Source: an uncultured archaeon
GTDB taxonomy: Archaea > Asgardarchaeota > Lokiarchaeia > Sigyniarchaeales > SOKP01
Reading direction: 5' to 3'
DNA length: 64,000 bases
Assembly (NCBI GenBank): GCA_964632315.1
Contig: CAZWEM010000016.1
Span: 1 to 64,000 of the forward strand
A program made the translations under genes and the position numbers. Under the pieces are notes generated by a model that worked only from the letters and a program-made list of their open reading frames with translations, had not been told where the DNA came from and did not search any database. This document shows, piece by piece, positions 18,197 through 28,258 of this stretch (position 1 is the first letter of the stretch; every line of letters begins with the position of its first letter).

Positions 18197-20101
18197 ATTT
18201 CATTAGATTTTGCCCTTAAGGATTTTTACCGTAAAAGGGAAATATCGTTACCGTATACCTTAATCATTGCTTTAGTTATCGGATTAGCAGAGTTTATGAT
18301 TTATTTCTCAACCTCTTTTGGGTTAAATACCCTTATCACTTACAATTTTGAAAATCCATTATATTTTTCAGGAGGTTTGAGCCAAATTTATTCTAATTTT
18401 ACACTAATGATTATTAGTTTGATTCTTTTATTAGCTTTTGTAATGGTAATTGTAGTTACGAGTAGTCTAATTGTGACTAAAAAAAGAGATATCGCAATAA
18501 TGAAATCACTTGGAGCCATCCCAAGAAAATTATATAGCTTCTATTTGACAGAAACTTTTATTTCTTTTCTTTTAGGCTTTGTATTAGGATTGGTTTTTGG
18601 GTTTATTACATATTTAATTTTTAATTTAGTCATGATGAATATTGGTTTTTTTCCTTACTTTTATTTTGATTTCTTCTTTACACCAATTCTTTTTGTTAGT
18701 TGTATCTTAGGAATTTTTTTCATATCAGGTGCTGTATTACGTAAGCTTGGGAATAAACAAGTTATTGATAGTTTTTCAAAAGATATACCATATGATTATG
18801 ATGCTTCAAAAATCAATTTAATACCTCGATGGTTAACTCGCTTTGGATTTAACTTTAAAATTTCAATCATTAACATAACTAGAAGAACCAGTGAATTTAA
18901 AAGGTATTTCACGGTTTTTTCTTTCCTCTCCATTCTTATATTTACTTTGGCATTAGGTACCCTTGTGTTGAATAATTCTGCTCAAACCTGGATTCAAAAA
19001 TCGCAAGGAGATGATGTTATTGTCATCGGACACCGAGAATTATTAAGTAATTATTCAAATATGTACGAACTATTTTCAAATCCTACCATTCACATTGATG
19101 ATGGATTTAATCTCTTGAAAAAAGATTATATGATCAATTTCAGTTTGATTGAAGGATTAAAGAATTTTTCTCAAATCCAACAATTTGATGAGAGATTATT
19201 ATTATATTCTGATTTAAAAGAATTAGACGGATATTATTATTATGAAGGTGGCGGATATCAGATTGTTGGTCAGCAACGAACGGGAAGGTATCCAGTTATG
19301 GGAATAAATACAAGTAGTCTAATTCAAAACTTTGAAATCGAGGGAGACTACTTTACTTCTTCAAATTCCTATGATTTAATGCTCATAGGAGATGGATTAG
19401 CGTATAATTTTTTTGATTATCCTTTTGATCAAAGTGCTCGGATCGAACAAATTGATCATACATTTCACGTTTCTGGAGTAGTAATTGATACATTTTTTAG
19501 TGGATATGCTGCATATATAGATCTCAATGTTATGAGGGAAGCCTTAAATTATACTAATAGAGAAAGTAACCTTGTCTTATTAAAACTTAATCCTAACACG
19601 TTTAACACAATTAAAGATGATTTAAATGATTATGTTAATACAACATTAGGAGGAGATTTTCAAGTTAGGTCGATGGCGACAACTTTTCACAAGAATATAA
19701 ATTTCGTCAATGATCTCAGCCTTATTCCTGGGTTTTTGATCCTGATATTAGGTATTATCTCTGTTCTGAGTTTATACAACTACCAAAAAAGTGGAATTAT
19801 AGATAAGGCAAAGGATTTTTTAATAATAAGGGCTTTAGGTTCAAAATACCGAAACTTAAAACGTATAATTTTTTTAGAATCCCTTTATGTCATTATACCC
19901 GCTTTATTCTTGAGTTTGGGAGTAGGAATGATCCTGAATGGCATAGTCCTTTTTGACAGAGTGAGTCTACCCAATATTTCAGTCCCCTTTTTATTAATTG
20001 GGATAATGATGGTCTTATTTCTATTAATTAACTATTTGAGTGTGTTTCCCTTGATGAAAAAAATTGAAAAATTTTCTATTAAGGACTTTGAAATTTATTA
20101 A
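18197..20101 (+). CDS. FtsX/MacB-like ABC permease (probable ATT start 18197)
   Basis: Two FtsX-type motifs (IAIMKSLGA, IIRALGS). The frame is open from ATT after SD GAGGAG and adds a first TM helix. Confidence 0.8.
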   Translation: MSLDFALKDFYRKREISLPYTLIIALVIGLAEFMIYFSTSFGLNTLITYNFENPLYFSGGLSQIYSNFTLMIISLILLLAFVMVIVVTSSLIVTKKRDIAIMKSLGAIPRKLYSFYLTETFISFLLGFVLGLVFGFITYLIFNLVMMNIGFFPYFYFDFFFTPILFVSCILGIFFISGAVLRKLGNKQVIDSFSKDIPYDYDASKINLIPRWLTRFGFNFKISIINITRRTSEFKRYFTVFSFLSILIFTLALGTLVLNNSAQTWIQKSQGDDVIVIGHRELLSNYSNMYELFSNPTIHIDDGFNLLKKDYMINFSLIEGLKNFSQIQQFDERLLLYSDLKELDGYYYYEGGGYQIVGQQRTGRYPVMGINTSSLIQNFEIEGDYFTSSNSYDLMLIGDGLAYNFFDYPFDQSARIEQIDHTFHVSGVVIDTFFSGYAAYIDLNVMREALNYTNRESNLVLLKLNPNTFNTIKDDLNDYVNTTLGGDFQVRSMATTFHKNINFVNDLSLIPGFLILILGIISVLSLYNYQKSGIIDKAKDFLIIRALGSKYRNLKRIIFLESLYVIIPALFLSLGVGMILNGIVLFDRVSLPNISVPFLLIGIMMVLFLLINYLSVFPLMKKIEKFSIKDFEIY

Positions 20102-20190
20102 GAAAAACGTGATCAAAAAAGTTAAAAATGTAATTTTTGATGAAATATATATAATTAGGTTATTTTGATTCATAAATAGAGATAGCGAAT

Positions 20191-21522
20191 ATGGCGGAGA
20201 GGGATTTAAGAAACTTTAACGACTCAAATAAAAATCCAAATCAAATTCAAAAAGAGATGACAAAAAAGGATAAGGAGATCGATGATTTGAAGGAGGATTT
20301 AAACCAATTACAATTAGAACTTAATAAGAGAAACAATGATATGGTTATATACTCTCAGAAAGTAGCAACTTTAGAAGATGAGATTATTACCTTACGAGAA
20401 TTATTGTCAGATGATTCATCAAAGAAAAAAGGGAAGAAGGTAAAAGAGACTAAACTTATTCTCGATTTAGAAGCAAAAGATAGTGAAATTAGACAATTAA
20501 AGGATAAGATGGGTTTCCTTAGAAAAGAAAAAATCGCGGTTCAAAAACAACTTGAAAAGTTTAAAGAAAAAAACAAGAGTAATTCAACAGTTCTCAGAGT
20601 AGAGGATTTGAGAAAAGAACAGCCATTAAATATGTTAGTGAAGGATCTTCAAGAAAAAATTAAAAAACAGGATACTTTAATCAATAGATTGAGTCGAGAT
20701 GGTAATATTAAAGATTTTGAGGAAACAATAACTCATAAAGATAATATCATCGAATCTCTCAATCAAAAAGTGGGTGAATTAACCGAGAAGCTAAAGAACA
20801 TTGAGAAACAAATAGAAAAGGAGTCCAGTGGGCGGATTCAAAAAAAGATTCTCCAAGATTTGCAGGATAAACTAAATAAGTTCAAAAGAATAAATGAGGA
20901 ATTAAATGCTAAATTAGAGAAATATCAAAAAAAGGAAGATAAAGAAACTGAAAGGGAGAAAGACAAAAAAATAAGAGAGTTAGAAAGCAAAATAAAAGAT
21001 TTGAGTCTTCGATCACTTGGTACCAATTCTCACCAAAAAAGCACATTAGATCAAGTTATTGAAGAATTACAAAATAAATTAAATAAATCAAAAGTAGAAG
21101 TCCAAATATTAAAAGAGCAAATCACAAATAACAACCCCGAAAAAAGTGCACCAAATATTAATAATCAGCTAAAAATTCAACGAGAAATGGCCATCTTCCT
21201 ACAGAATCAATTAGATGATGCAAAAAGAGCTTTAAAAACTAAAGTTGAGGAGATAGGTACTATCAAGAATGAAGCTATACGAATTAAACGAAAATATGAA
21301 GAACTTGAAAACCAAGTGAAGGCTAAAGAACAAATCTATAATAACTTGCGGAATGATTTTGAGTCTCTTAAGGTTAATACTCAACTCCAAAGTAATTCAA
21401 ATTCTACTCAAAGTCCACAGATTGAATTACGGATTCAAGAATTAAAAAGTCAGATCGACGATTTGACCAAGCAAAACATCCAACAGAGATTGGAAATAAA
21501 TCAATTAAGAAAAAGCACGTGA
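20191..21522 (+). CDS. Long coiled-coil protein of unknown function
   Basis: K/E/Q/L-rich heptad pattern over the whole length. Confidence 0.7.
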   Translation: MAERDLRNFNDSNKNPNQIQKEMTKKDKEIDDLKEDLNQLQLELNKRNNDMVIYSQKVATLEDEIITLRELLSDDSSKKKGKKVKETKLILDLEAKDSEIRQLKDKMGFLRKEKIAVQKQLEKFKEKNKSNSTVLRVEDLRKEQPLNMLVKDLQEKIKKQDTLINRLSRDGNIKDFEETITHKDNIIESLNQKVGELTEKLKNIEKQIEKESSGRIQKKILQDLQDKLNKFKRINEELNAKLEKYQKKEDKETEREKDKKIRELESKIKDLSLRSLGTNSHQKSTLDQVIEELQNKLNKSKVEVQILKEQITNNNPEKSAPNINNQLKIQREMAIFLQNQLDDAKRALKTKVEEIGTIKNEAIRIKRKYEELENQVKAKEQIYNNLRNDFESLKVNTQLQSNSNSTQSPQIELRIQELKSQIDDLTKQNIQQRLEINQLRKST

Positions 21523-21536
21523 GATATTAATTTTTT

Positions 21537-22517
21537 ATGGATCTTATTATATTAGGTTCTTCAGCCGCAATTCCAATGAGTAATCGAAATCTACCTTCTA
21601 TTGCATTGCGATATAAAAATGAATTAATTCTATTTGATTGTGGAGAAGATTTGCAACGTAGGTTTATTGAAGCGAAATTAAAATTTAATAAGCCAATGAA
21701 AATCTTTATATCACACTTTCACGGAGATCACGTGATTGGTCTTCCTGGATTATTATTTCGCTTTGGGTTAATTGAGAGAGATGCCCCATTGACTATTTTT
21801 GGACCCCGCAATCTTTTTCTTTATCTAATGCTTCACTCAAAAATTCTTGGACTCAAAACTAATTATCCTCTAAAAGTTATTGAAATTGATCATGAAAATC
21901 AAAGATTGATTAAATATGTAGGCTTAGATCCTGCAAAAACGCATCAAGAGATTCAAATTCATGACAATGTGATTATAGATGAAAAACATTATTATGTAAA
22001 ATATACCGCTGTAGATCACTCTGTTCTTGCTTTTGGGTATAGTTTCAATGAAAAACCTAGAAAAGGGAAATTTAATCCTGAAAAAGCAAGAGAGTTGGGT
22101 GTTCCAGAAGGAAAGCTTTGGGGAAAAATGCATAAAGGTCAAGAAATCATTTTAAACGGAAAATTAGTAAATCCTGAAATCGAAGGAATCGTTGGCCCCA
22201 AAAGACCAGGGAGGAAACTAACATATTCAGGAGATACTGCCCCATGTGACGATTTAGTCAAATTAGGCATGAATTCGGACGTTCTGATCCATGAAGCTAC
22301 TTTTTCTAAAGAATTAGAATCCATTGCAAGGGAAAAGAAGCATTCAACAAGTACGGATGCAGCAAAAATGGCAATAAAAATGAGTGCCAAAAAACTGGTT
22401 CTCACTCATCTATCCTCTCGATACCAAGAAGATTCAGAACTTTTATTAGAAGAAGCTAAACAGATTTTTCCAGACACTATACTAGCTCACGATCTTATGG
22501 AACTATCGATTAAATGA
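21537..22517 (+). CDS. rnz: Ribonuclease Z
   Basis: FDCGE, SHFHGDH, exosite GVPEG, SGDT, HEAT, HST, THLSSRY. Confidence 0.95.
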   Translation: MDLIILGSSAAIPMSNRNLPSIALRYKNELILFDCGEDLQRRFIEAKLKFNKPMKIFISHFHGDHVIGLPGLLFRFGLIERDAPLTIFGPRNLFLYLMLHSKILGLKTNYPLKVIEIDHENQRLIKYVGLDPAKTHQEIQIHDNVIIDEKHYYVKYTAVDHSVLAFGYSFNEKPRKGKFNPEKARELGVPEGKLWGKMHKGQEIILNGKLVNPEIEGIVGPKRPGRKLTYSGDTAPCDDLVKLGMNSDVLIHEATFSKELESIAREKKHSTSTDAAKMAIKMSAKKLVLTHLSSRYQEDSELLLEEAKQIFPDTILAHDLMELSIK

Positions 22518-22585
22518 ATTTTAGCTTTAAATCAAATTTCAAGTATTAAAATTAAGTGAAAAGGATATTAAAAAATTTTATTTAA

Positions 22586-22795
22586 CTAAATTCCTCCTGC
22601 GATGTGCGGTAAGATTACAACAGAATCACTCTCTCGTATTACCGTATCCTCGTCAGCCTTTTTCCCATTTACTAAGATACCAAAATATTTTCCTTCTAAA
22701 TTGAGTTCTTTGAGCAAGTCATTCACGGTCATGCTCTTATCGGGAGTAAACGTTTCATAAATTCCAGTTTTTAATATTTCTTGAGTTTGTTTTAT
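22586..22795 (-). CDS. ThiS/MoaD/SAMP ubiquitin-like protein with one residue after the di-Gly (ATA start)
   Basis: (M)KQTQEILKTGIYETFTPDKSMTVNDLLKELNLEGKYFGILVNGKKADEDTVIRESDSVVILPHIAGGI*; SD AGGTGG. Not in the ORF track. Confidence 0.85.
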   Translation of the reverse strand: MKQTQEILKTGIYETFTPDKSMTVNDLLKELNLEGKYFGILVNGKKADEDTVIRESDSVVILPHIAGGI

Positions 22796-23044
22796 TTTTA
22801 TCCACCTTAAAATTATTTATTTAACTACTATATTTAAAACAAAATTCCTATTTAAAATTAATTCCTAAGGAAAGAAAGTTGTCCTTCGATAAAGTTCCTA
22901 AATTATTTCTTAGTTATTCATGTAGGTTGACTTTTCATGTAGATTATAACGTATTTAATCTGTTTTAAATAAAAAAGAAGCATTTTTATTGTAACTATAA
23001 TTTTACTGCATAAAGGTAAGAGCCAACATTAGGGTTGATCTCAC

Positions 23045-24697
23045 ATACTTCAAGAAGATTTCAGTGACTATGGGGAATTTTTAGAAAAATTACGAGAATA
23101 CACTGACAAAATTGAATCTTTAAGCAATGAAGATGAGAGATCAAAGTTACTTGAAGCCCTAATGGAGGATTCTGTCAATTTTGCAAAAGAAACTGCAGAA
23201 TCTGGTGAGTTTTTTGAAGCAGGAGAATTCATTTACTCTGCTGCTACATTATTGGAAGAATATGACCCATCAAAATCTTTAAACTTATATGCAATTACTC
23301 AAAATTATTGGGAGAAACAAATATCTTCTTATAAACTGCAAGCTAAATTACATGAAATCGCTGAGGTCTATCTAAGAATAGCTGATTTACACGCAGAAAA
23401 GTTTCGTGATCAAAAACTCGAACAAGAAAATATCTTAAATAGTATTAACTTTTTAAAGCAAGAAAGCAAACTATTAGAAGATTTTGATGAAAAAAGGAAG
23501 TTAGTACAAAATTATCAAAATATTGCTGAATTATATTTAAAAGTTTCTGATTATCAAAATGCTATCAAGTATTTTTCTTACGTAATCGAACTTGGTACCC
23601 AATTTAACTATTTTGATTTATTATCATATTCATATCAGCAGATATCCTCTTGTTATGAGGAAATAGATGAATATGAGAAATCGAGTGACATAATTTTGCA
23701 AGGAATGGATTACTTTCTCGATTTATTTGAAGTTTTCGAACGTAAGAATGATAATCTAGCTATAGCACAGCTTTCTCAAGTTTTGCGAAAGTTGCATGAA
23801 TTAAAAGATGATAACGATCAATTTATTTATTATTCTAAAAGAGAGGCTGGTGCATATATTAACTTAGCTGAAAATTTGAAAAAAAAGCCTAAAAATTTTC
23901 AAAAAATTGCTCGATATTATCGTGGTGCTGCCCTTTGCTATCAAGAAATAGATAATAATCTTATAGAATCTGCGTCTTGTTTTGTTTTAGCAGGAAACTA
24001 TTCAGAAAGAGTAGAAGATTTTGAAGGGGCTGCTACGAATTTCTTTAATGCTGCTATAACTTTTAAAGAAATGAATAACTTAGATATGTCCTATCGAAAT
24101 TTTGTGAGAGCAGGAGATAATTATTGGAAGAGTGGAAACGTAAACGATTCTACTGAAAGTTATTTGAATGCATATGATAATGCTGTTGAGGGTAAATTAG
24201 AATATAATCGCTTTGGTTTATTTAACCAGATTGTAAGAGGATTAAGTATTATAGCAAAAGAAGGTTTAAAAAATAAGCAATTTTACATCGCTGCGACGCT
24301 CATTTTAGAAAGCATCAAATTTTACCAACAAATAGACAATGCTAAAGATTTCCTTTTGAATGAAATGGTCCGAAATGTTTATAAATATTATTATAAGGCA
24401 GCAAATTTAAAGAAAATTGGTCAATCCCACATCGTGCAGTCATACATTCTTGCAGCTCTTTCTTCAATCTTGAATGGACAAATCGAAAAAGCTCGAAAAA
24501 TCATATCGGAAATTGAGCCCGATGGAACTATTGTACAGAAATACAAAAAACTTGTTGAATTAATTATTTCCTGGGTTAATAATGGTCAAAAAGTTTCTTA
24601 TGAAAAATTACCTTACCAAATCCAACGACTAATCGAGAACTCTGAAGAAATAATGTACCTCTTGAACTTATTTAAGGGTTATAAGGTTATCGTGTAG
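23045..24697 (+). CDS. TPR/alpha-solenoid protein, SNAP-like (probable ATA start 23045)
   Basis: Repeated A-x-x-Y/F-x-x-A helices. The frame is open from ATA 23045, just after an in-frame TGA. Confidence 0.7.
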   Translation: MLQEDFSDYGEFLEKLREYTDKIESLSNEDERSKLLEALMEDSVNFAKETAESGEFFEAGEFIYSAATLLEEYDPSKSLNLYAITQNYWEKQISSYKLQAKLHEIAEVYLRIADLHAEKFRDQKLEQENILNSINFLKQESKLLEDFDEKRKLVQNYQNIAELYLKVSDYQNAIKYFSYVIELGTQFNYFDLLSYSYQQISSCYEEIDEYEKSSDIILQGMDYFLDLFEVFERKNDNLAIAQLSQVLRKLHELKDDNDQFIYYSKREAGAYINLAENLKKKPKNFQKIARYYRGAALCYQEIDNNLIESASCFVLAGNYSERVEDFEGAATNFFNAAITFKEMNNLDMSYRNFVRAGDNYWKSGNVNDSTESYLNAYDNAVEGKLEYNRFGLFNQIVRGLSIIAKEGLKNKQFYIAATLILESIKFYQQIDNAKDFLLNEMVRNVYKYYYKAANLKKIGQSHIVQSYILAALSSILNGQIEKARKIISEIEPDGTIVQKYKKLVELIISWVNNGQKVSYEKLPYQIQRLIENSEEIMYLLNLFKGYKVIV

Positions 24698-24789
24698 ATT
24701 TATCTCTCAATTTCTAGAATTTTAGAAAGATTCCCTTTTAACTATTTAGAGTTTTAACTTTTTATTTTTTCCTTTATTACCTTAAATTA

Positions 24790-25467
24790 TTGATCATGAA
24801 ACCTGAAAAAATCATTCTCAGTTTTGACCTCGATAACACCTTAATTAATAATCGGGAGGGAATCGTTAATTCTTTCAATCATGCTCTCCAACAATTTGAT
24901 TTACCTTTAATGAACACAGATGATATAGAAAAAATGATTGGAATTCCCCTTCATCAAATGTTTTCTAAAATTACTAAAACAAATGTAGATGAACTTGTCA
25001 TGACATTTAGGGAATATTATGTACGTAAAGGAATCTATCAGGGACACTTGATCACTGGTGTTAAGGATAAACTACAAGAATTAAACGATGCTGGGTTTAT
25101 CATGGGAGTGATTACCTCAAAAAAACAAGAAATGGCTGAAAAAATGGTTGAGATTCTAAAAATTCGAAAATTTTTCGATTATGTTTTGGGAGAAACCGAT
25201 GACCGAAAAGAGCTTGGAAAGTTAGATCCATCGCTGAAATTATTTTTTCAAACGAAATATCCTAATCATCACGTCATGGTAATTGGAGATCATCCTAAAG
25301 ACGTATTGCTTTCCAATAATTTGGAATGTCCTTTTATAGGTGTCCTCACTGGCAATCATTCCGCTCAAGAACTAAGTGAACTCAAAAAGGGTAGATACTT
25401 GATTTTAAACAGTATTCAAGAAATCAATCAAAATATAATTAATGAGCTATTATGCTCAGTTCCTTGA
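24790..25467 (+). CDS. HAD-family hydrolase (phosphoglycolate phosphatase-like)
   Basis: FDLDNTL, ITSK, IGDHPKD. Confidence 0.85.
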   Translation: MIMKPEKIILSFDLDNTLINNREGIVNSFNHALQQFDLPLMNTDDIEKMIGIPLHQMFSKITKTNVDELVMTFREYYVRKGIYQGHLITGVKDKLQELNDAGFIMGVITSKKQEMAEKMVEILKIRKFFDYVLGETDDRKELGKLDPSLKLFFQTKYPNHHVMVIGDHPKDVLLSNNLECPFIGVLTGNHSAQELSELKKGRYLILNSIQEINQNIINELLCSVP

Positions 25468-25503
25468 TGATATTTATATAATAAAAAAGAAATAAAAAAT
25501 AAA

Positions 25504-26961
25504 TTATTCTTTTCCCCAGGATTCATATTCCTTCATAAATTCCTCGGGTTTCCATTGAGTCTCCATGAACTTTGGAATGCCAGAACTGTCTCGTGGACCA
25601 ACTACAACAAACGCATTCGCTTCATCTTCCAAGGCCCCACTTAATCGAGCTGCCATCCCAGGAAGCACGAGAATCCGGTGCTTTACCTTATCAAAAGGCT
25701 TAAATTCGTTTACCGCTTCGGCGATTCCCCCAGCGGAAAACTGTCCTCCAGCAACGGCTGATTCAATCCCAATTCCTTCCGTATCAACTACTAATAAATA
25801 ACAGGCCAAGTTAGCCCCTTGTAGGTCTTGCTCCACGGGGATCTTGGTCATGCGATAGTTACTTGTCACAAAGACAGGTGCCATGTCTCCAGGTTCGCCG
25901 ACCTTATAAAGACCGGGATCAACAGCAGGGTAAATGCGAGGGTCGCTGTACACGCTCTGCCTTAAAGTCATTAAAGCTAAGAGTGCCCAAATTTCATCTT
26001 GTAATTGTCCCGTATGAAGTACTATAAGGCTGGTTCCAATTGCTTCCATGATCGCACCCATGATGACTTCTTCATATTGATGCCTCCAAAGATCCTTATC
26101 ACCTTCTACCTTGACTTGAGACCAATACGCAGCTGGTACGCCCATAATTGGCCATCCTGCATTCTTATTCTCCTTGTCAATACCAGCAATTCGAAGTTGC
26201 ATGATATTATCATACGTGACGGTTAAATTTCCAGGACCAAAATAAGTTCCAGCGTCCAAAACAATGTCTTTCACGCCTAGTTTTTGTAAAGTTGCACTTA
26301 ATGACATTAATTCGTCAATATTTTGAGAAACAGCCGCAATTGGTAGGTCATTTTGCACGGCAAATGTGCCTATCTTTTCCCAACTGTCTTTTGTCGCGGC
26401 ATAAAGTAATGGCCTTTGGGTCTTAATTTCACCCGCAGCTCCTAATAAATTATCGGTATTTAAACTACATAAAATTATAGGGAGATTCGAGGCTTCAGTT
26501 AACTTTTTTGCTGCCAATTTAAATTGATCTGCATCTCCAGATACATTCCTTAATGCTATTCCGTTAACCTTTAACACATCTCCAATGCGTTCAACTGTTA
26601 AATTTGTTAAATATTTCGCTTTATCCTCGAGGTCGGGGTCATCATCAGCAATCTCAACGAAAATAGCAGTTTGATTGTAGTACGTTAATTGATGACGAAA
26701 AAGCACTTCCTCTCCTCCTATAATAACTTGACGCTCTCCAGTACCAATGATTACGGGTTTTTGAGGCGGTGTGACCAACTTAATTAGCTTTTCTCGATTC
26801 TTGGCTTGCCGAGATTCCTTCATGAGATGCGTACAATCTTGAACCCGAACCTTGCGTTCAAGAAGGTCAGTAGCAAAGGCCATACATGTATCATAACCAC
26901 AATCCTTGCAATTTGACTTATCTAATAGACTATATATATCGAGTGGACTTGGTCTTCCCAT
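25504..26961 (-). CDS. cdhE: Acetyl-CoA decarbonylase/synthase gamma subunit (large corrinoid Fe-S protein)
   Basis: NCKDCGYDTCMAFA Fe-S motif, GGEEVLFRH, LRQSVYSDPR, VGPRDSSGIP. Confidence 0.93.
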   Translation of the reverse strand: MGRPSPLDIYSLLDKSNCKDCGYDTCMAFATDLLERKVRVQDCTHLMKESRQAKNREKLIKLVTPPQKPVIIGTGERQVIIGGEEVLFRHQLTYYNQTAIFVEIADDDPDLEDKAKYLTNLTVERIGDVLKVNGIALRNVSGDADQFKLAAKKLTEASNLPIILCSLNTDNLLGAAGEIKTQRPLLYAATKDSWEKIGTFAVQNDLPIAAVSQNIDELMSLSATLQKLGVKDIVLDAGTYFGPGNLTVTYDNIMQLRIAGIDKENKNAGWPIMGVPAAYWSQVKVEGDKDLWRHQYEEVIMGAIMEAIGTSLIVLHTGQLQDEIWALLALMTLRQSVYSDPRIYPAVDPGLYKVGEPGDMAPVFVTSNYRMTKIPVEQDLQGANLACYLLVVDTEGIGIESAVAGGQFSAGGIAEAVNEFKPFDKVKHRILVLPGMAARLSGALEDEANAFVVVGPRDSSGIPKFMETQWKPEEFMKEYESWGKE

Positions 26962-27204
26962 TTTTCATTCCTATCCGTTCTAATTTTAGAGAATTTAATT
27001 TTGAATAAGTATGTCTAGGTTAATTTTGAATTGTAATTAAAATTTAGTTTTTCCTTATTGGATGTATATTTTCTAACATTTTCATCTATCAAAAACGATA
27101 TTAGTATATATCAAGTGGTTCATTTTTCCCCATCTTTGATTTAAGATATGTCAATATAAATTAAAATGAGTTACTCTGTAAGATTAATTTTAGTTAAATG
27201 AAAA

Positions 27205-27308
27205 GCAGTAAAGAGAATAGAAAGAGGAGAGCTCTATTTTTAGAGAAAGGGGTAAATTTGTGCGAATGGATAAAATTTGTATAGCCTTCCTTTTCCATTC
27301 TCTTCTGC
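27205..27308. repeat. Long imperfect inverted repeat
   Basis: GCAG-TA-AAGAGAATAGAAAGAGGAGAGCT ... AGCCTTCCTTTTCCATTCTCTT-CTGC, with inner hairpins. Confidence 0.55.
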
Positions 27309-27375
27309 GAAACAATATCAAAAAAACTAACAATGATTAGATACTTATGTATTTAAAGCCCACCTATATTTCTGA

Positions 27376-27876
27376 TCAGAATGCTATTTCGGGTAAAATC
27401 TCATTTATGTAATGAACATTTTCAGCATTGACTTCCTGGACAAGTCTTTTTGACATCGAATTGATAAAGCCCCAAATCTCGATTTGTTTCTGTAATTGTT
27501 TTAACTTTCTCACTATTTCAATAAAATCACTGTCACCACTAACCAAGATGGCTCTATCAAAGACATCTTCAGTGGCTAACTCCACTATGTCTCGATAAAG
27601 AAATATATCAAGTTGTTTTTGTACTTTTTTTCCACTCGGTGTAGTTTTGACTGGTCTTGATTGTATTACATAACCTTGGGAGGTTAAATAATCGAGAAAG
27701 CGACGTTTTTTAGGATAAACAGTTTCTGGAATTCCCATATACATGAAAGCCCCAACTAAATAGTCATCTTTAGTTAATATTTGCTTGAATTTTTGGTAAT
27801 CAATTCTCATTTTCAAATCCTCAATTGAATGGAAGAGATTAGCATGATCTATAAAAATAATCGTTCTAACAGTCAA
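27376..27876 (-). CDS. NYN domain protein (LabA/DUF88, PIN-like)
   Basis: FIDHANL, QKQLD, LVSGDSDF. Confidence 0.9.
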   Translation of the reverse strand: MTVRTIIFIDHANLFHSIEDLKMRIDYQKFKQILTKDDYLVGAFMYMGIPETVYPKKRRFLDYLTSQGYVIQSRPVKTTPSGKKVQKQLDIFLYRDIVELATEDVFDRAILVSGDSDFIEIVRKLKQLQKQIEIWGFINSMSKRLVQEVNAENVHYINEILPEIAF

Positions 27877-28047
27877 TTTAAACCCCTTATAGATAATATC
27901 GTAAACTACCCTTATTTTATAAGTTAATATATAAACATAGAGGATTTTTGAATGATTTTCTCGAAAATAAAAAAGAGAGTGAAAATATGAAGGTTTTTTT
28001 AGATAATTGAATGATGGATCACCATAACTGAATTAAGGAGTGTTTCC

Positions 28048-28170
28048 TTAGGGAACTGTACCCCCACCTGGAGGATACCAATGAATTTTCCCAAATGATG
28101 CAAAACCTAACCATAATGCGATGATACTTAATACTGATAAAGCAATCATCAATTTTTTACTTTTATCCAT
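28048..28170 (-). CDS. Small 40-aa signal-peptide-like protein
   Basis: MDKSKKLMIALSVLSIIALWLGFASFGKIHWYPPGGGTVP*; SD GAGG, own TATA (TTTATATA 28233-28226) and a hairpin over the stop codon. Confidence 0.65.
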   Translation of the reverse strand: MDKSKKLMIALSVLSIIALWLGFASFGKIHWYPPGGGTVP

Positions 28171-28258
28171 GATGTTTGTACCTCATTTTTTTATCTAATG
28201 GTACGACTATCATTATTTGAATGACTATATAAACCCCGAATAAAAATAAACCCTAAAA

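Noticed and set aside
22917-22945. Direct repeat TTCATGTAG(G/A)TT between the Ubl and TPR genes; also short palindromes at 32136-32145 and 44783-44797
   Set aside because: Possible operators, but too short to distinguish from chance in AT-rich DNA.
28020-28060. Hairpin TAAGGA-AACAC-TCCTTA over the peptide stop, with an open frame running on into the NYN gene
   Set aside because: Bulge and helix geometry is not BHB, and NYN has its own TATA and SD. Treated as a 3' hairpin plus a chance open frame.
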